From Planctomycetota bacterium (lineage in GTDB: Bacteria > Planctomycetota > GCA-002687715 > DRQF01), in NCBI GenBank assembly GCA_036479435.1, contig JAZGFI010000257.1, forward strand, positions 1-24,592: 24,592 bases of DNA, in the 5' to 3' direction. Under the pieces are notes generated by a model. It saw nothing but the letters and a program-made list of their open reading frames with translations, had not been told where the DNA came from and made no database searches. The position numbers and the translations under genes were made by a program. Each line of letters opens with the position of its first letter. Position 1 is the stretch's first letter. This document shows positions 22,905-24,592 of this stretch, piece after piece.

Positions 22905-24592
22905 ATGCGCGCGCCATTCTTTGCGGTTTTCGTGATCACTTTGTTTGCGAGCACGATGTGTGCCCAAGTTACTTCGGCGCCGACGAAGAAGGCTGCGACC
23001 TCTAAGCCCTCGGATCGCCAGCTGGCGATTTCCTACAACTTTCGCGTCGATCCCCAGGTCAAGGACTACGACGAAGGTGACTACGAAGTCACGATGACGC
23101 TCGAGGGCCTTCCCACTGGTAACTTTGAAGTCGCGATCCCAGCTTGGAAACCTGGCTCCTATCGACTGCTAAACTCCTACAAACATGTGAAGGACCTGAG
23201 AGCCGATAGTCCGCAAGGAAAGCTGAGGGTCAAAAGAAACGGCAAGTACGGCTGGCAAATCGAAGGTGATCACGGCGGCCGCGCTAGGATTCACTACCGC
23301 GGTCGAACCGCCAAGAAACTCGAAACTTGGATGGCCCTGGAGGGACCGGAGCACTGGCTATACCTCGTCGGCGGCCTTCGGGCGCCGCACCGCGTTTCCT
23401 TCGAGCTGCCCGCAAATTGGCGCGTCGCGACTGGCTTAGAGCGTCAAAAAACTGGCGAGCAGACTTACTACGTCGCCGCCGACTTCGACACCTTCGCGGA
23501 TTGTCCCATCGAGCTGGGCGAGATTGAAATCCACGAATTCAAAGTCGCTGACACCAGCTATTTCCTCACCTACAACATCAGCCCGTCTTTTTCCCACCGG
23601 AAGATGCAAGCGATGTGCGAAAAGCTCATCGTCGCTCAAAGCAAACTCTTCGGCGAAGTGCCTTGGAAGAACTACTACTTCATGTGGCAGTTGCAAAACC
23701 AAGGCAACACGGGCGGGGGATTGGAGCACCTCAACTCCACTACTTTGGCGATTCCACAGTTCGTTATGCGTAAGAACGTCGAGACCATGGCCGACCTCGT
23801 GTCCCATGAGTTTTTTCACGCATGGAACGTGAAGCGCATTCGCCCCTTTGAACTCGGCCCCTTCGACTACAGCGGCCCAGTGCGGGTAAAAAGCCTGTGG
23901 TTTGTAGAAGGCGTCACAGACTACTACGCCTCTCGAATTTGCCGCGATGCCGGGATCTGGGATTCCAACCGTCTCCTCGCCGATTTCAAAAAGGAGATCA
24001 ACTCGCTCTCAAACAAGCGCGCTTACCAATCAGAATCGATCGAAGAGGCGTCGTGGAAGATCTGGGATCGGAACTACTACAGCCCCCAGGGCCTCGACTA
24101 CTACAACTACGGCAAGATCATGGGCTTGCTCTTGGACATCGAGATCCGCGCCGCGTCTGAAAACAAAAAGTCTCTCGACGACGTCATGCGCGATTTGAAT
24201 CAGAGGTTCAGCCTTCCCAAGGCGGGCTATCGAGATTCCGACCTCATCGATGCCTGCAGCCAAGCGGCCGGGCAGGATATGAGCGAGTTCTTCGCCAACT
24301 ACGTGAGCGGAAAAAAAGCCATTCCCTTCCGCGAATTCCTAGCCAAGGCGGGCATTCTATACCATGAAGAACGCAATCCCCGAAGGGATCGCAATGCCAT
24401 CGGCCAGATGCTTCCCAAGGTCGAAGTCGAAGCAATCGAATCCGACGACGAAGACGCCGCCTCGACCTTCAGGGTGACTTCCGCTCCCGAGGACTCCAAG
24501 TTCAAAGCTGGCGACATCATCTTGAGGTTCAACAGAAAAGCCCCTCATCGCCCCCGCGCCAAGCAAACGTTCATCGGCTACAACGCCAACCG
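22905..24592 (+). CDS. M61-family (glycyl aminopeptidase-like) secreted metallopeptidase with PDZ-like region; truncated by the window edge
   Basis: Hand translation from ATG 22905 (SD GGAGGA): signal peptide, PAWKPGSY, GGGLEHLNST, LVSHEFFHAWNVKRIRP (HEXXH at 23805), LWFVEGVTDYY, and PDZ-like FKAGDIILRFN at 24501. Absent from the ORF track because it has no stop in the window. Confidence 0.93.
   Translation, partial: MRAPFFAVFVITLFASTMCAQVTSAPTKKAATSKPSDRQLAISYNFRVDPQVKDYDEGDYEVTMTLEGLPTGNFEVAIPAWKPGSYRLLNSYKHVKDLRADSPQGKLRVKRNGKYGWQIEGDHGGRARIHYRGRTAKKLETWMALEGPEHWLYLVGGLRAPHRVSFELPANWRVATGLERQKTGEQTYYVAADFDTFADCPIELGEIEIHEFKVADTSYFLTYNISPSFSHRKMQAMCEKLIVAQSKLFGEVPWKNYYFMWQLQNQGNTGGGLEHLNSTTLAIPQFVMRKNVETMADLVSHEFFHAWNVKRIRPFELGPFDYSGPVRVKSLWFVEGVTDYYASRICRDAGIWDSNRLLADFKKEINSLSNKRAYQSESIEEASWKIWDRNYYSPQGLDYYNYGKIMGLLLDIEIRAASENKKSLDDVMRDLNQRFSLPKAGYRDSDLIDACSQAAGQDMSEFFANYVSGKKAIPFREFLAKAGILYHEERNPRRDRNAIGQMLPKVEVEAIESDDEDAASTFRVTSAPEDSKFKAGDIILRFNRKAPHRPRAKQTFIGYNAN

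Overview
Bacterial chromosomal window, GC-rich in the core genes and probably from a Planctomycetota-like lineage (inferred from the PurS-PurS-PurL fusion and the protein styles; not proven). The left ~3.1 kb is an AT-richer accessory patch. It contains the left end of an IS66 element whose tnpA (missed by the ORF track) carries an in-frame (TGGCGA)20 microsatellite, a secreted di-heme cytochrome c peroxidase/MauG-family gene with an extra C-terminal domain, and nested remnants of an IS4/IS50-like and an IS3-like transposase (also missed by the ORF track). The middle is housekeeping: a lipoprotein gene, purQ, purL, accA, rlmN, clpX, clpP and tig. On the right, an orphan double-CxxC protein is divergent from a long + strand cluster: divergent ECF sigma, membrane anti-sigma-like protein, RsbW-type kinase, STAS protein, MlaE, MlaF, MCE/MlaD, TPR lipoprotein, sulfite-oxidase-family molybdoenzyme and an M61 peptidase running off the window. 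The best candidate for an undescribed system is this sigma/anti-sigma + partner-switch + MCE lipid-transporter cluster. All family calls rest on motif recognition by eye; no database searches were run.
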